Shown: positions 10,304-21,160 of the stretch, one piece after another
Layout: the number at the start of each line of letters is the position of its first letter
Numbering within the stretch: the first letter of the stretch is position 1
Origin: an uncultured Thiothrix sp.
GTDB taxonomy: Bacteria; Pseudomonadota; Gammaproteobacteria; Poriferisulfidales; GCA-002705445
Reading direction: 5' to 3'
NCBI GenBank assembly: GCA_902559815.1
Contig: CACEJE010000005.1
Span: forward strand, 2,170-66,169
DNA length: 64,000 bases
Position numbers and translations under genes: made by a program
Notes under the pieces: generated by a model
What the model saw: the letters and a program-made list of their open reading frames with translations, nothing else
Told to the model about the DNA's origin: nothing
Databases searched by the model: none

Positions 10304-11425
10304 ATGTCTAATGAATTTTTAGTTGATGGAACAAGTATTGCTAAGCTTCCTAGTGATTATGGAAGCACAGGCTTTAAAATGTTCAAAGGCTCAGTCTTGA
10401 ATAACGTTGAAATTGCTTATGAAACCTGGGGTGAGTTGTCTATAAATAACGATAATGCTGTACTTCTTTTTACGGGTTTATCTCCTTCTTCACATGCAGC
10501 TTCCTCTGATTTAAATAAATCAAAAGGGTGGTGGGAGTATATGATTGGCCCAGGTAAACCAATAGATACAGATAAATATTTTGTTGTGTGCGTTAATTCA
10601 TTAGGTAGCTGTTTTGGCTCAACATCACCAGCTTCCATTAATAAAGAAACTGGATCTGTTTATGGTTTAAGCTTCCCAGAATTATCAATTGAAGATATAG
10701 CAAAAGCTGGTCACTCTGTTTTGCTAACGCTTGGTGTAGATCATGCTCATACTGTAATTGGTCCATCAATGGGTGGAATGACAGCTTTAGCATATTCGTT
10801 AATGTACCCTAATAGCTTGAGTAATTTAATTATAATATCAGCTGCTGCGCGCGCATTGCCGTTTACAATATCCATTAGATCGCTTCAAAGGGAATTAATT
10901 AGAAGTGATCCAATATGGAACAATGGTATTTACGAAAAAAATTCAGCACCTATTAATGGTATGAAGCTTGCCAGAAAATTAGGCTTAATGTCGTATAGGG
11001 CAGCAAATGAATGGCGCGAAAGATTTAATAGAGCAAGATCTCCAAAGCAAAATGACAGAAAAATGTTTGATATAGAATTCGAAGTAGAAAATTATTTGGA
11101 TCATAACGCTGAAAAATTTGTTTCCATGTTTGACCCAAATTGTTATTTATATTTATCAAGAGCCATGGATTTATTTGATGTTGCGGAGCATGGAGGCACA
11201 GTTAATGCCGGCTTAGCAAAGATACATACGAAAAATAATTTAATTATTGGAGTTGATTCAGATATTCTTTTCCCTATTGATCAGCAAAAAGAAATCGCTG
11301 ATGGTATGACAAAAGCAGGTAAAAACGTAAAATTTGAAGTTTTAAACTCTATTCAAGGACATGATTCTTTTTTAGTAGATGTAAAAAATTTTTCTAGAGT
11401 TATAGGTGATTTTTTTAAAAATTAA
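10304..11425 (+). CDS. metX: Homoserine O-acetyltransferase
   Basis: Alpha/beta hydrolase with GPSMGGM and a C-terminal GHDSFL, at MetX-like length. Confidence 0.75.
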   Translation: MSNEFLVDGTSIAKLPSDYGSTGFKMFKGSVLNNVEIAYETWGELSINNDNAVLLFTGLSPSSHAASSDLNKSKGWWEYMIGPGKPIDTDKYFVVCVNSLGSCFGSTSPASINKETGSVYGLSFPELSIEDIAKAGHSVLLTLGVDHAHTVIGPSMGGMTALAYSLMYPNSLSNLIIISAAARALPFTISIRSLQRELIRSDPIWNNGIYEKNSAPINGMKLARKLGLMSYRAANEWRERFNRARSPKQNDRKMFDIEFEVENYLDHNAEKFVSMFDPNCYLYLSRAMDLFDVAEHGGTVNAGLAKIHTKNNLIIGVDSDILFPIDQQKEIADGMTKAGKNVKFEVLNSIQGHDSFLVDVKNFSRVIGDFFKN

Positions 11426-12720
11426 CGATCTTTTATATCTTTATATGAGGTTTTATTTTTTCCTGTGTATAATTGTCTTGGTCTTCCAATCCTAAAATTT
11501 TTATCTTCTATCATTTCATTCCAGTGTGCTACCCATCCTACAGTTCTTGCTAATGCAAATATAACTGTATACATGCTTTGAGGTATTCCTATTGCCTTAA
11601 GAACAATACCTGAATAAAAATCAACATTTGGATATAATTTTCTTGATACAAAATAATCATCCTCAAGAGCATGTTTCTCGAGTTTCATTGCAATATCAAA
11701 TAATGGTTTATTTGGATTATTATCATCTAATTTATTTAAATATTCGTGCGCTATTTTTTGAATTATTTTTGCCCTTGGGTCATAATTTTTATATATCCTA
11801 TGACCAAAGCCCATTAATCTAAATGGATTTTCTTTGTCTTTAGCTTGCTCAACATAGTGCTCAACATCTCTTTCAGAATTTTTTATTTCTTCAAGCATAT
11901 TAATTACGGCTTCATTTGCGCCGCCATGCGTAGGACCCCAAAGCGTTGTAATGCCAGCTGCAATTGCAGCATAAGGACTTGTTTCAGAGCTACCAGATAA
12001 TCTAACAGTTGAAGTAGATGCATTTTGCTCATGGTCTGCATGAAGTAGGAATATTATATCCATTGCTTTTGACGAATGATTTTTTTGCTCTTCATTTAAC
12101 TCCGGGAAAGACATATTAATAAAATTTTCAGCTATGGATAGAGATTTATTCGGTTTTTGAAAATTATTACTTAAAATATGATTTAGTATCCAGGCTGAAA
12201 TTACTGGAACACTAGCTATTAGATTTATGGTTGACTCATATCTATATTTTTCGTTTTGAATGTTAATCTCTTTATGGTGTTTAGCAGCTAAAAAACTTAA
12301 GCAAGCTATCATTATAGCCATTGGATGACTGTCTTTTGAAAAAACATTGATCATGTCTTTTATTGATGAATCTACATCATATGAATTAGAAATGTCGTTA
12401 GAAAATAATTCTAAATCATTGATATTTGGTAATTTATTTTTTAATAACAAATATGCTGTTTCTGTAAAGTTACTTTTTTCTGCAAGCTCTTCAATTGGGT
12501 AGCCTCGATACCAAAGCTTTCCCTCGTTCCCATCAATAAAAGTTATTTTGCTTTCACAGCTTGATGTTGCCAAAAACCCAGGATCATGAGATAAAAGTCC
12601 CAAATTCTTCTCTAAAGATTTAATATCAACAACATTTGGGCCCAAAACTGACTCTAAAATTGGTAAATCAATTTCTTTATTTGATTCAGCGTCTTTTATT
12701 GTGATTTTCTTATTTGTCAT
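11422..12720 (-). CDS. gltA: Citrate synthase
   Basis: 432 aa with the GFGHRIYKNYDPRA active-site region. Confidence 0.95.
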   Translation of the reverse strand: MTNKKITIKDAESNKEIDLPILESVLGPNVVDIKSLEKNLGLLSHDPGFLATSSCESKITFIDGNEGKLWYRGYPIEELAEKSNFTETAYLLLKNKLPNINDLELFSNDISNSYDVDSSIKDMINVFSKDSHPMAIMIACLSFLAAKHHKEINIQNEKYRYESTINLIASVPVISAWILNHILSNNFQKPNKSLSIAENFINMSFPELNEEQKNHSSKAMDIIFLLHADHEQNASTSTVRLSGSSETSPYAAIAAGITTLWGPTHGGANEAVINMLEEIKNSERDVEHYVEQAKDKENPFRLMGFGHRIYKNYDPRAKIIQKIAHEYLNKLDDNNPNKPLFDIAMKLEKHALEDDYFVSRKLYPNVDFYSGIVLKAIGIPQSMYTVIFALARTVGWVAHWNEMIEDKNFRIGRPRQLYTGKNKTSYKDIKDR

Positions 12721-12826
12721 AACTTAATATTGATTATGCTTAAAATAATCGCCTTTTTTATGCTACTGTGTATTTTTTAAGAGGACTTATACTAACATAA
12801 TTATAAAAATTCGTTAAGTAACAACT

Positions 12827-13345
12827 TTATTTCGACAATTTTAGATATTTTATAATGTAATCAACAATTTGTTGTGGATTATTTATATCAAGTTCTTCAA
12901 TATTTCTGGAAATATTAATTTTTTCATCAGAAGCTATAGCAACTATATTCATATCATTCTCATAAAGAAAACCTTTTCCTATGTCTTTTCTATATAGTTC
13001 AATTTTTGGAAAATCTTCTAACTTAAAGCCTTCTACTAAAATAATATCAGTTTTAATATTATTTATTAAATCAACTAAATCTTGCAGCGAAGGCTCCTGG
13101 GTTTTTTTATTTTCATGTATTAACGCCCATCTTTTTTTTGAAGACACTAAAATATTTGTGGAGCCAGCTTTTCTAATTTCATAGCTATCCTTACCAGGAT
13201 GGTCTGTATCAAAGTCGTGATGAGCGTGCTTAATAACAGATACATTATAACCTGTATTATTAAGAATATTTACTAACTCTTTAATTAATGTTGTTTTGCC
13301 TGTACCACTATATGCAGCAAAGCCGATTATATTTTTATTTAACAT
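12827..13345 (-). CDS. mobB: Molybdopterin-guanine dinucleotide biosynthesis adapter protein B
   Basis: P-loop GFAAYSGTGKTT in a 172-aa protein, with mobA upstream. Confidence 0.75.
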   Translation of the reverse strand: MLNKNIIGFAAYSGTGKTTLIKELVNILNNTGYNVSVIKHAHHDFDTDHPGKDSYEIRKAGSTNILVSSKKRWALIHENKKTQEPSLQDLVDLINNIKTDIILVEGFKLEDFPKIELYRKDIGKGFLYENDMNIVAIASDEKINISRNIEELDINNPQQIVDYIIKYLKLSK

Positions 13346-13919
13346 TATTATATTTATTTAATTGTTCAATGGTGTTTATATTATCAAAATATTTATCTTC
13401 TTCATCAAAATATATATATTTATAGTTATTTTCTTTGTACCAAATATCAATTTTTCTTTGCCCTGATGTTAAAAAATCATCTAATGAGCTTATTAATCTT
13501 GTTGATATAAGCATAAATACAGGCTGTGACCTTAAATTATTGTGAGCAACAAAAATATCCTGGGTATTGTTAGAATCTATTAAAAATTTATCTATTAGTT
13601 TCCAAGAAATATTTGGGCTATCACAGGGGATTGTTAAAAGATATTCGGTTGATATATTTTTTAACATACTGAGAATGCCAGACAAGGGGCCTTGGAAATC
13701 TTTATATTCATCGCTTATAACAGGATAATTATAATTTTTATATGTTTGAATGTTTCTATTAGCGTTAATTAATATATTTTTTGTATAGGGTGAAATTTTA
13801 TCAATAATATTCTTAACTAACGTTATACCGTTAATACAGACTAAGCCTTTGTCCTTATTATTCATTCTTGTTGCCTTACCACCAGCTAAAATACCTATTG
13901 TTATGTCATTAATTTCCAA
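13335..13919 (-). CDS. mobA: Molybdenum cofactor guanylyltransferase
   Basis: N-terminal GILAGGKATRMN motif. Its 11-nt overlap with mobB suggests an operon. Confidence 0.8.
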   Translation of the reverse strand: MEINDITIGILAGGKATRMNNKDKGLVCINGITLVKNIIDKISPYTKNILINANRNIQTYKNYNYPVISDEYKDFQGPLSGILSMLKNISTEYLLTIPCDSPNISWKLIDKFLIDSNNTQDIFVAHNNLRSQPVFMLISTRLISSLDDFLTSGQRKIDIWYKENNYKYIYFDEEDKYFDNINTIEQLNKYNNVK

Positions 13920-13981
13920 TATAAAACACCTCTGTAGAATGATAAAATATTGTCTTATAATATAATTTTATTATAAATTTT

Positions 13982-14296
13982 ATGGAGATTTGCTTAATTA
14001 TGAATAATAACAACAATAAACTTACAATGGAAATCCAATCAGAAGTTTTTAAAATGCTTGTTAAGCATCTTCAGAATAAAACCGAGGTGCAAAATATTGA
14101 TTTAATGAATCTAGCTGATTTTTGTAGAAATTGCCTATCAAAATGGTATGTATCTGCTGCTAAAGATAAAGGTGTGGAAATCTCTTATGATGAAGCAAGA
14201 AATATCATTTATGGTATGCCATATGATGAATGGAAGTCAAAATACCAAAAAGAAGCGACAAAAGAACAAATGGAAAAATTTAATTCAAAGAAATAA
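13982..14296 (+). CDS. Small conserved protein, DUF1244-like
   Basis: 104 aa with a FCRNCLSKWY motif. The family is recalled from memory only. Confidence 0.4.
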   Translation: MEICLIMNNNNNKLTMEIQSEVFKMLVKHLQNKTEVQNIDLMNLADFCRNCLSKWYVSAAKDKGVEISYDEARNIIYGMPYDEWKSKYQKEATKEQMEKFNSKK

Positions 14297-14300
14297 TAAT

Positions 14301-15068
14301 ATGGATTTTAATTATTTGAACGACAAAGATCTTTTATATTTCTCAAAACACATTTTGCTTCCTAATATTGGCATAGAGGGCCAACAAAAACTCAGTTCTT
14401 CTGAGGTAACAGTTTTTGGGCTAGGTGGAATTGGTAATTTAATCACAACATATATAGCCTCAGCCGGTGTAAAAAAAATTAATATTGTAGATTTCGATAC
14501 GGTTGAAGATTCAAATCTTCAAAGGCAAATTAATTTTACAAACTCCGATATTGGTTTTCATAAAACAGATGTTATAGATAAATATTTACAATCTAGATTT
14601 CCTAATTTATCTGTAAATAAATTCTCTAACAAAATTTTATCAACCGATGAAGTTGATTCTATTACTGCAGATTCTGATATTGTATTAGATGGGACTGATA
14701 ATTTTGAAGTAAGAAAAATTATTAATAAATCTTGTAACAGTAATAATAAAAAATTAATAATAGGTGCAGTTGAAGGATACTCAGGACAACTCTTAACTGT
14801 CATGTCAAACAAAAGCACATGCTACGAGTGCATATATGAGGACTTAACAGATAATAATTCCTGTTCAGAATCGGGAGTACTAGCACCATTAGTGGGAATG
14901 ATAAGTTCAATGATGGCAATGGAGTGTATTAATATACTAACCGGAAATAATCCTTCATATGAGAATAAACTGGTTCTTGTTGACGGTTTAAATATAAGTA
15001 TTAATATTATTAAAACAAAAAAGAAACAAAATTGCTTAATTTGCTCCCAACCATATGAAAAAATCTAA
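14301..15068 (+). CDS. moeB: Molybdopterin-synthase adenylyltransferase (ThiF/MoeB family)
   Basis: Has GLGGIGN dinucleotide fold and C-terminal CxxC pairs. Start was set at ATG 14301; the track ORF from 14148 overlaps the preceding gene. Confidence 0.75.
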   Translation: MDFNYLNDKDLLYFSKHILLPNIGIEGQQKLSSSEVTVFGLGGIGNLITTYIASAGVKKINIVDFDTVEDSNLQRQINFTNSDIGFHKTDVIDKYLQSRFPNLSVNKFSNKILSTDEVDSITADSDIVLDGTDNFEVRKIINKSCNSNNKKLIIGAVEGYSGQLLTVMSNKSTCYECIYEDLTDNNSCSESGVLAPLVGMISSMMAMECINILTGNNPSYENKLVLVDGLNISINIIKTKKKQNCLICSQPYEKI

Positions 15069-15339
15069 TAGGCCTCAAACTAAAGTAAAAAAACCAGAAC
15101 CAAAAGAATATAATTCTAATGACTGGATTATCTGGGCTGCCTGGGCAGATAGAATCACATTTGAAGAAATTTACGAAAAAACTAATAAAAAAGAATCAGA
15201 TGTAATTAAGATAATGCGAAAAAATTTAAAAACTTCGTCATTTAGGTTGTGGCGAAAAAGAGTTTCTGAAAAAAGTATTAAACATAGGAAGAAATTTTCA
15301 AGTGAAAGAAAAAAGTTAAAATTAAAAAATAATTTTTAG
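15055..15339 (+). CDS. Small basic hypothetical protein
   Basis: 94 aa, Lys/Arg-rich, overlapping the moeB stop by 14 nt. Confidence 0.35.
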   Translation: MKKSNRPQTKVKKPEPKEYNSNDWIIWAAWADRITFEEIYEKTNKKESDVIKIMRKNLKTSSFRLWRKRVSEKSIKHRKKFSSERKKLKLKNNF

Positions 15340-15758
15340 CCAAGTAATTTGTCTCTCGCTTTATTAATCTTTGCAGCCATTTCTGACGTACCTCCTTTGT
15401 CTGGATGGTTTTTTTGTATGGCTTTTTTATGTGCAAAAATAATTTCTTCTCGCGTTGCATCAATATTTATATCAAGAATTTCTGCAGCTTCTTTTTTAGA
15501 CATACTGCTTGACCTTTTATTATATGCTGAAGTAAATTTTTTTATTAAAGGTGCATATCTAAACAAAATAAATAATTTTTTTATTATTGGTATTAATCCT
15601 ACTATTAATGCAGTTATCCAATGAGCTCTTCCTGTTGCGATTAGAAATAAAATTAATAAAAAAATTAATATAAATAAAAATTTTTTTTTATTTGTGGTGC
15701 GCTTATATAGATAAAGCATTGAAAATACTACTAAAATAATTAATACTGCATATATCAT
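15336..15758 (-). CDS. Membrane protein with C-terminal J-domain (DnaJ-like)
   Basis: Two N-terminal TM helices followed by a KKAIQKNHPDKGG J-domain signature. Confidence 0.6.
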   Translation of the reverse strand: MIYAVLIILVVFSMLYLYKRTTNKKKFLFILIFLLILFLIATGRAHWITALIVGLIPIIKKLFILFRYAPLIKKFTSAYNKRSSSMSKKEAAEILDINIDATREEIIFAHKKAIQKNHPDKGGTSEMAAKINKARDKLLG

Positions 15759-15861
15759 ATCTATAATGTCCAGCCAAATTACTTGAATTAATCTAAAAAT
15801 CGGTTATAAACTATAATATAAGTTTTTGAAAAATAATTAAATATAATAATGTGAGGAGATA

Positions 15862-16728
15862 ATGAAAGTAAAAATAAAAGCTTGCTCTCAAGACCTTGAA
15901 ATAAATATTGAGGAGTATGGTAAAAATAATAAAGGTATGCCAATACTATTTGTGCACGGTATACCAACAAATGCAAGATTATGGAGACACGTCCAAAAAA
16001 ATCTAGAAGGTAAATTTCATTCATATGCAATGGATATGGTTGGGTACGGTCAATCATCAATGCCATTAGATAATTTTGAACATACTTTTAATAATCAGGC
16101 AGAAGCCATTAAAGGTGTAATTGAAGAGCTAGGAATTAAAGGAAACGTAATTTTAGTGGGTCATGATCATGGAGGCGGCGTATGCCAAGTATTTGCATCA
16201 AAATATTGTGACTATATAAGTAGATTAGTTTTATTGAATCCTGTTGCATATGATTATTGGCCTGTATTAGAGGTTGAAGCTTTCAATGGGCTCGTCGGAG
16301 CTAGTGACGAAGCTTTAGCTGCTGCAATGCCTGGAGCTGTAGCTCAATTTGCTGGCTTGATGAGAACTGGTAGTCACGATAAAATCGCATTTACCGATAA
16401 AAATGTTAAAGAGAACTACTTATGTCATTGGGGAAGAGATGGGCTTACTGGATTTAAATCATTAGTAAAAATTTGTTCCCAACCGACAAATGCTGAAACT
16501 TTAGCAGTAGACCATAAAAAGATTACTTGTCCTACGGCTGTTTTTTGGGCTTTACACGATGCGTGGATGCCTAAAGAATCTGGTGAAAGATTAAAGCAAG
16601 ATATAGCTGGCCCAGTAAGACTTCAATTTATTGAGAGGGCAGGCCATTGGTCTCAAGAAGATAGGCCTGATGAAGTAGCAGCAATGATAGAGGACTTCAT
16701 AACAGAATGGGAAGGGGTAAAGATTTAA
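15862..16728 (+). CDS. Alpha/beta-fold hydrolase
   Basis: Has VHGIPTN and a VGHDHGG nucleophile-elbow-like region. Confidence 0.65.
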   Translation: MKVKIKACSQDLEINIEEYGKNNKGMPILFVHGIPTNARLWRHVQKNLEGKFHSYAMDMVGYGQSSMPLDNFEHTFNNQAEAIKGVIEELGIKGNVILVGHDHGGGVCQVFASKYCDYISRLVLLNPVAYDYWPVLEVEAFNGLVGASDEALAAAMPGAVAQFAGLMRTGSHDKIAFTDKNVKENYLCHWGRDGLTGFKSLVKICSQPTNAETLAVDHKKITCPTAVFWALHDAWMPKESGERLKQDIAGPVRLQFIERAGHWSQEDRPDEVAAMIEDFITEWEGVKI

Positions 16729-16755
16729 ATATCTTTTTTCAAAGAAAGGATTTTG

Positions 16756-17730
16756 TTAAAGAAGATCCAAAACAGAATCCCTTTCTTTGATTAGCTCATC
16801 TTCAGTTATTTTTATATAATTTAATAGTTTATCTGAAATAACTATATCTTTTATAGTCTCAAAACCTCCATCATTACATACCGAAGGGAAAGAAAACATA
16901 ATATCATTAGATATTCCAAAAGAGTTGCCGTTTGAAATTTGCCCAATACTTAGCCAATCTTTATTTCCTGACACCCAATCTCTCATATGTGATATAGCGG
17001 CATTTGCTGCGGAAGCAGCAGAAGATAAACCTCTAGCCTCAATAATTTCTGCACCACGTTTTTGAATTCTTGGTATAAAATTATCCTCATACCATTTATC
17101 TTCTATAATACTTTTAATATTATTTCCTGAAACTTCGCAATATGATAGATCAGGTACTTGAGTATTTGAATGATTTCCCCATACAATAATTTTTTTAATA
17201 TTGCTAATTTCAGTATTAAATTTATTTGCAACTTGAGCAAGTGATCTATCATGATCAAGTCTCATCATTGATGTAAATTGTTTAGGGTCAATACTAGGTG
17301 CGTTATGCATAGCTATTAAAGCATTTGTATTTGCTGGATTTCCAACAACTAATATTTTTATATTTTTATTTGCTACTCGGTCAATTGCTATTCCTTGTGG
17401 TTTAAAAATTTTTCCGTTATCTTTTAAAAGATCTTTTCTTTCCATGCCTTTTAGTCTTGGTTTAGCGCCAATAAGTAAAGCATATTCACAATTTTCAAAA
17501 CCTTCGTCTAAATCAAATGTTGTAGTGATCTCTTTAATTAATGGAAAAGCGCAATCTTCTAACTCAAATTTTACACCCTTTAAGGAATTCATAGCTGGCT
17601 CAATATCAATTAATTTTAAATTTATTGGCTGATCTGGGCCAAGCATCTCGCCAGCAGCTATTCTAAAAATAGCTGAGTAAGCTATATTTCCTGCTGCACC
17701 TGTAATTGCAACGTTTACTGGATCATTCAT
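16756..17730 (-). CDS. mdh: Malate dehydrogenase (cytosolic/Thermus-type)
   Basis: 324 aa. Carries VAITGAAGNIAY and MRLDHDR. Confidence 0.9.
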   Translation of the reverse strand: MNDPVNVAITGAAGNIAYSAIFRIAAGEMLGPDQPINLKLIDIEPAMNSLKGVKFELEDCAFPLIKEITTTFDLDEGFENCEYALLIGAKPRLKGMERKDLLKDNGKIFKPQGIAIDRVANKNIKILVVGNPANTNALIAMHNAPSIDPKQFTSMMRLDHDRSLAQVANKFNTEISNIKKIIVWGNHSNTQVPDLSYCEVSGNNIKSIIEDKWYEDNFIPRIQKRGAEIIEARGLSSAASAANAAISHMRDWVSGNKDWLSIGQISNGNSFGISNDIMFSFPSVCNDGGFETIKDIVISDKLLNYIKITEDELIKERDSVLDLL

Positions 17731-17742
17731 TTTCTTTACCTA

Positions 17743-18864
17743 TTATTGTTTATGTTCTTTTTTCATATAGTCTGATGATTGCATTTCATTTAATCTACTT
17801 TTTGTTCGTTCAAAATCTTTATTTATCTTTTTTATATTGCAGAGTTTATCAATTGAACTGTCCGCAGAAATAATTACTTTAACATTTCTATCATAAAATT
17901 CATCAATCATATATACAAATCTTCTTGCTTCATCAGTATATTTTTCTTCCAACTTCGGAATATTTGATATAAAAACATTCTCGTATATTTTCGAAATCTC
18001 AATATAATCGTTTTGCGATCGGCCATCGCCACATATTGTTTCAAATTTAAACCAAACTGTATTCGAAGATAGGAATCTAACATCGATATCCCTATTATTG
18101 ACAGGTATTGTTGCACCTTCAAAAACTGGTTTCCTAGTAAACCAATTAAACCAATCTGGTGAAATTGACGAGAAGTATTGTTGCATGCTTATATCAGTTT
18201 GTTCATTACATGGATAATGATATGTATTGACGTTTCCAAATTTTAATAACCTATAATCTTTATCACTTTCTAAGCATACAACTTTTGTATTCTCTTCAAT
18301 TAAATTAATCGCATATAAAAATTTCTCTCTCTGTAACCCTTCCTTATACAAATTTGTTGGTTTTGTATTTGAAGTAAAAACAATTATAACGTTATTTGCA
18401 AATAATCCTTTTAAAAGCTCGCCAAGAATCATTGCATCGGCGATATCATTCACAATAAATTCATCAAAACAAAGAACGCTTACTTCTTGCGATATTTCTT
18501 TTGCTATTAGATCAATTGGGTTTTGAATATTTTTTTTTGAATTTAGTTTACCGTGAATATCATTCATAAATCTATGAAAATGTATTCTCTTTTTTTTACT
18601 TAGTGGAAGTTCTTTATAAAACATATCCATTATAAAAGTTTTTCCCCTGCCTACACCACCGTATAGATATATTCCTTTATTTATATTTGAATTTTTATTG
18701 CTAAAGAGATTTAATCCAATATTACTTAAAATTGAATTACCAACTTTTTTTACCCCGGTAATTCGATCATATAACTCTTGAAAAGAGTCAATTATCTTTA
18801 TTTGCTCAGAATCAATAAAAAAATCATTTCTTGAACTAAGTGCTTTATATTCATCAATTAACAT
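17743..18864 (-). CDS. zapE: Cell division protein ZapE (AFG1-like ATPase)
   Basis: Walker A GGVGRGKTFIM in an AFG1 family-sized protein. Confidence 0.8.
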   Translation of the reverse strand: MLIDEYKALSSRNDFFIDSEQIKIIDSFQELYDRITGVKKVGNSILSNIGLNLFSNKNSNINKGIYLYGGVGRGKTFIMDMFYKELPLSKKKRIHFHRFMNDIHGKLNSKKNIQNPIDLIAKEISQEVSVLCFDEFIVNDIADAMILGELLKGLFANNVIIVFTSNTKPTNLYKEGLQREKFLYAINLIEENTKVVCLESDKDYRLLKFGNVNTYHYPCNEQTDISMQQYFSSISPDWFNWFTRKPVFEGATIPVNNRDIDVRFLSSNTVWFKFETICGDGRSQNDYIEISKIYENVFISNIPKLEEKYTDEARRFVYMIDEFYDRNVKVIISADSSIDKLCNIKKINKDFERTKSRLNEMQSSDYMKKEHKQ

Positions 18865-18935
18865 AATATGATTGCAGTGTATATTTGAAACGAATTAAAA
18901 TACAACTCTTATATTCATTTTTCAAGGTAATAATA

Positions 18936-20318
18936 ATGGTAATAACTAGATTTGCACCAAGTCCAACTGGGAATTTACATATTGGGGGTGCTCGTACAGC
19001 TTTATTTAATTGGCTTTATGCAAAAAACAAAGGAGGGAAGTTTCTTTTAAGGATTGAAGATACGGATAAAACTCGCTCAAAAAACGAATATATTGAAAAT
19101 ATTCTTGAGTCTTTAGAGTGGTTAGGTATAAATCACGATGATAGTTTAGTTTACCAGAGCGAAAGGGCACCTAAGTATGAGCAGACAATAAATCAACTTT
19201 TACAGTCAGGAAATGCGTATTATTGTGATTGCACAAAAGAAGATCTTGATATTTTAAGGTCAGAACAACAAAAAGCGGGTATTAAGCCTAAATATGATGG
19301 GAGAAATAGAGAAAAAGGACTTCCGTACAAAAAAGGATCTGTAGTACGATTTAAAACACCCACAGAAGGAAATATAATTGTAAAAGACACGTTAAAAGGA
19401 GATGTATCCGTATGCAATCAAGAGTTAGATGACCTCATCATACAAAGATCTGATGGAAGTGCTACTTACAATTTAACAGTTGTGGTTGATGATATAGATA
19501 TGGGGGTTACAAATATAATAAGGGGAGACGATCATCTAAATAACACATATAGGCAAATACATATGATGAATGCTCTTGGTTATAATCCACCAATATACAC
19601 CCATTTACCGTTAATAATGGGAGAAGATAAAAAAAGATTATCAAAAAGACACGGTGCAACAAGTACATATGACCTAAAAAAGGAGGGGCTGCTTCCAATC
19701 TCTGTAATAAATTATCTTTCAAGGCTAGGGTGGTCCTCTGGTAATAAGGAAAAGTTCACCATAGAAGAGCTTATTGAGCTATTTGATATAAAAAATTTGA
19801 ATAAATCTGCCGCTATATTCGATTACAAAAAATTATATTCGCTTAATAAATATTTTATAAAAGAGATACAAATTGATGATTTATATAAAGAATTTATATG
19901 TTTAACAAAAAAATTTGATCAGCTTCCAAAAGAAAAAGTCATTGAAATAATCGAAGCTCAACGTGATCGTTGTAAAACCATACAAGAAATTATCGACGAA
20001 AGTGAATTTTTTATAAACGAAAATATCCTTATTGAAGATAAACTTGCTGTGAAATTTTTAACTTTAAAAAATAAAGACATATTTGAAAGTTTGTATCTAG
20101 GTTTAAACAATATAAGCGAATGGGAAATTTCAAATATTGACACTGTGATAGATTCAGTAATGAATAAACTTAACCTTAAAATGCCGGAATTTGCTAAACC
20201 AATTAGATTGGCATTAACTGGTAATTTATCCTCTCCATCTATAAATTTAACGATATTTCTACTTGGAAAAGAGGCTTGTTTGAAAAGAATTTTAGATGCT
20301 AAGCGTTTGATAACTTGA
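18936..20318 (+). CDS. gltX: Glutamyl-tRNA synthetase
   Basis: HIGH motif (PSPTGNLHIGG) and KMSKS-like KRLSKR. Start was set at ATG 18936, preceded by AAGG. Confidence 0.9.
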   Translation: MVITRFAPSPTGNLHIGGARTALFNWLYAKNKGGKFLLRIEDTDKTRSKNEYIENILESLEWLGINHDDSLVYQSERAPKYEQTINQLLQSGNAYYCDCTKEDLDILRSEQQKAGIKPKYDGRNREKGLPYKKGSVVRFKTPTEGNIIVKDTLKGDVSVCNQELDDLIIQRSDGSATYNLTVVVDDIDMGVTNIIRGDDHLNNTYRQIHMMNALGYNPPIYTHLPLIMGEDKKRLSKRHGATSTYDLKKEGLLPISVINYLSRLGWSSGNKEKFTIEELIELFDIKNLNKSAAIFDYKKLYSLNKYFIKEIQIDDLYKEFICLTKKFDQLPKEKVIEIIEAQRDRCKTIQEIIDESEFFINENILIEDKLAVKFLTLKNKDIFESLYLGLNNISEWEISNIDTVIDSVMNKLNLKMPEFAKPIRLALTGNLSSPSINLTIFLLGKEACLKRILDAKRLIT

Positions 20319-20357
20319 CATTATGAGCGAAGCACCTCAAAATCACTGACTTTCTAG

Positions 20358-20433
<76 letters not shown>

Positions 20434-20452
20434 ATTTTAACGAGTAAAAATA

Positions 20453-20794
20453 ATGATTTATTTTCATAATCCAAGATGCAGCAAATCCAGAGAGGGGTTA
20501 AAAATTCTAGAAAGTATCAATAAAGATATTAGAATAAAATTCTACCTTTCCGAGAAAATTTCTTTTATTGAATTAGAAGAAATTATTAAGAAATTAAAAA
20601 TAAAGCCAATAGACTTAGTCAGAAAAAGAGAAAATATTATTAAAGAAAAAAAATTAGATTTTAGTAAGTTTTCTGATAAGGAGATTATAAAAATTTTAAT
20701 AAAATATCCGGTATTAATCGAAAGACCAATCTTAATAACTAAAAATAAAGCGATTATAGGTAGACCGCCTGAAGCAATAAAAACTATCCTGTAA
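20453..20794 (+). CDS. ArsC/Spx/YffB family thioredoxin-fold protein
   Basis: N-terminal YFHNPRCSKSRE motif in a 113-aa protein. Confidence 0.65.
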   Translation: MIYFHNPRCSKSREGLKILESINKDIRIKFYLSEKISFIELEEIIKKLKIKPIDLVRKRENIIKEKKLDFSKFSDKEIIKILIKYPVLIERPILITKNKAIIGRPPEAIKTIL

Positions 20795-21074
20795 GTATAA
20801 TTCTATACAACCCAACGCTGTCAATTAGGGTTAAGGCAATATAGTTTGCAAGCATTCCAAAAGATCCTCTAGTCCAAGCTGCCCAAGTGTAAAGAATACA
20901 TCCAAAGATCCATACAATATAAAGCTCAAAAAGTGGAGGGTTTGGAACTGTAATAGCCATTACTACCGAACAACCAATGGTTATTAGCCAAGCAAAAAAT
21001 TCAATTACAAATCGAAAAGGGTGGGATCTAAAGTCATTTTGAATCCATATTATAGTATTGCTAATATATTTCAT
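20784..21074 (-). CDS. Hypothetical membrane protein
   Basis: 96 aa with 2-3 predicted TM helices. Confidence 0.35.
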   Translation of the reverse strand: MKYISNTIIWIQNDFRSHPFRFVIEFFAWLITIGCSVVMAITVPNPPLFELYIVWIFGCILYTWAAWTRGSFGMLANYIALTLIDSVGLYRIILTG

Positions 21075-21160
21075 AGATTAATAAATGTTGTTAAAAATTA
21101 AGTATAGAAGAAATTTATAAAATTATATATATTAACAAATAATAAACTGAAAATATAAAA

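Noticed and set aside
11422-11425. 4-nt convergent overlap of the metX and gltA stop codons
   Set aside because: Such overlaps are common in compact genomes, and nothing functional is implied.
14148-14300. N-terminal extension of the moeB ORF
   Set aside because: It overlaps the preceding DUF1244-like gene in another frame. The MoeB homology begins only at the ATG at 14301.
18885-18935. Upstream start of gltX
   Set aside because: The HIGH-motif region begins immediately after the internal ATG at 18936, which has an AAGG SD. The 17-aa extension is hydrophobic and unlikely.
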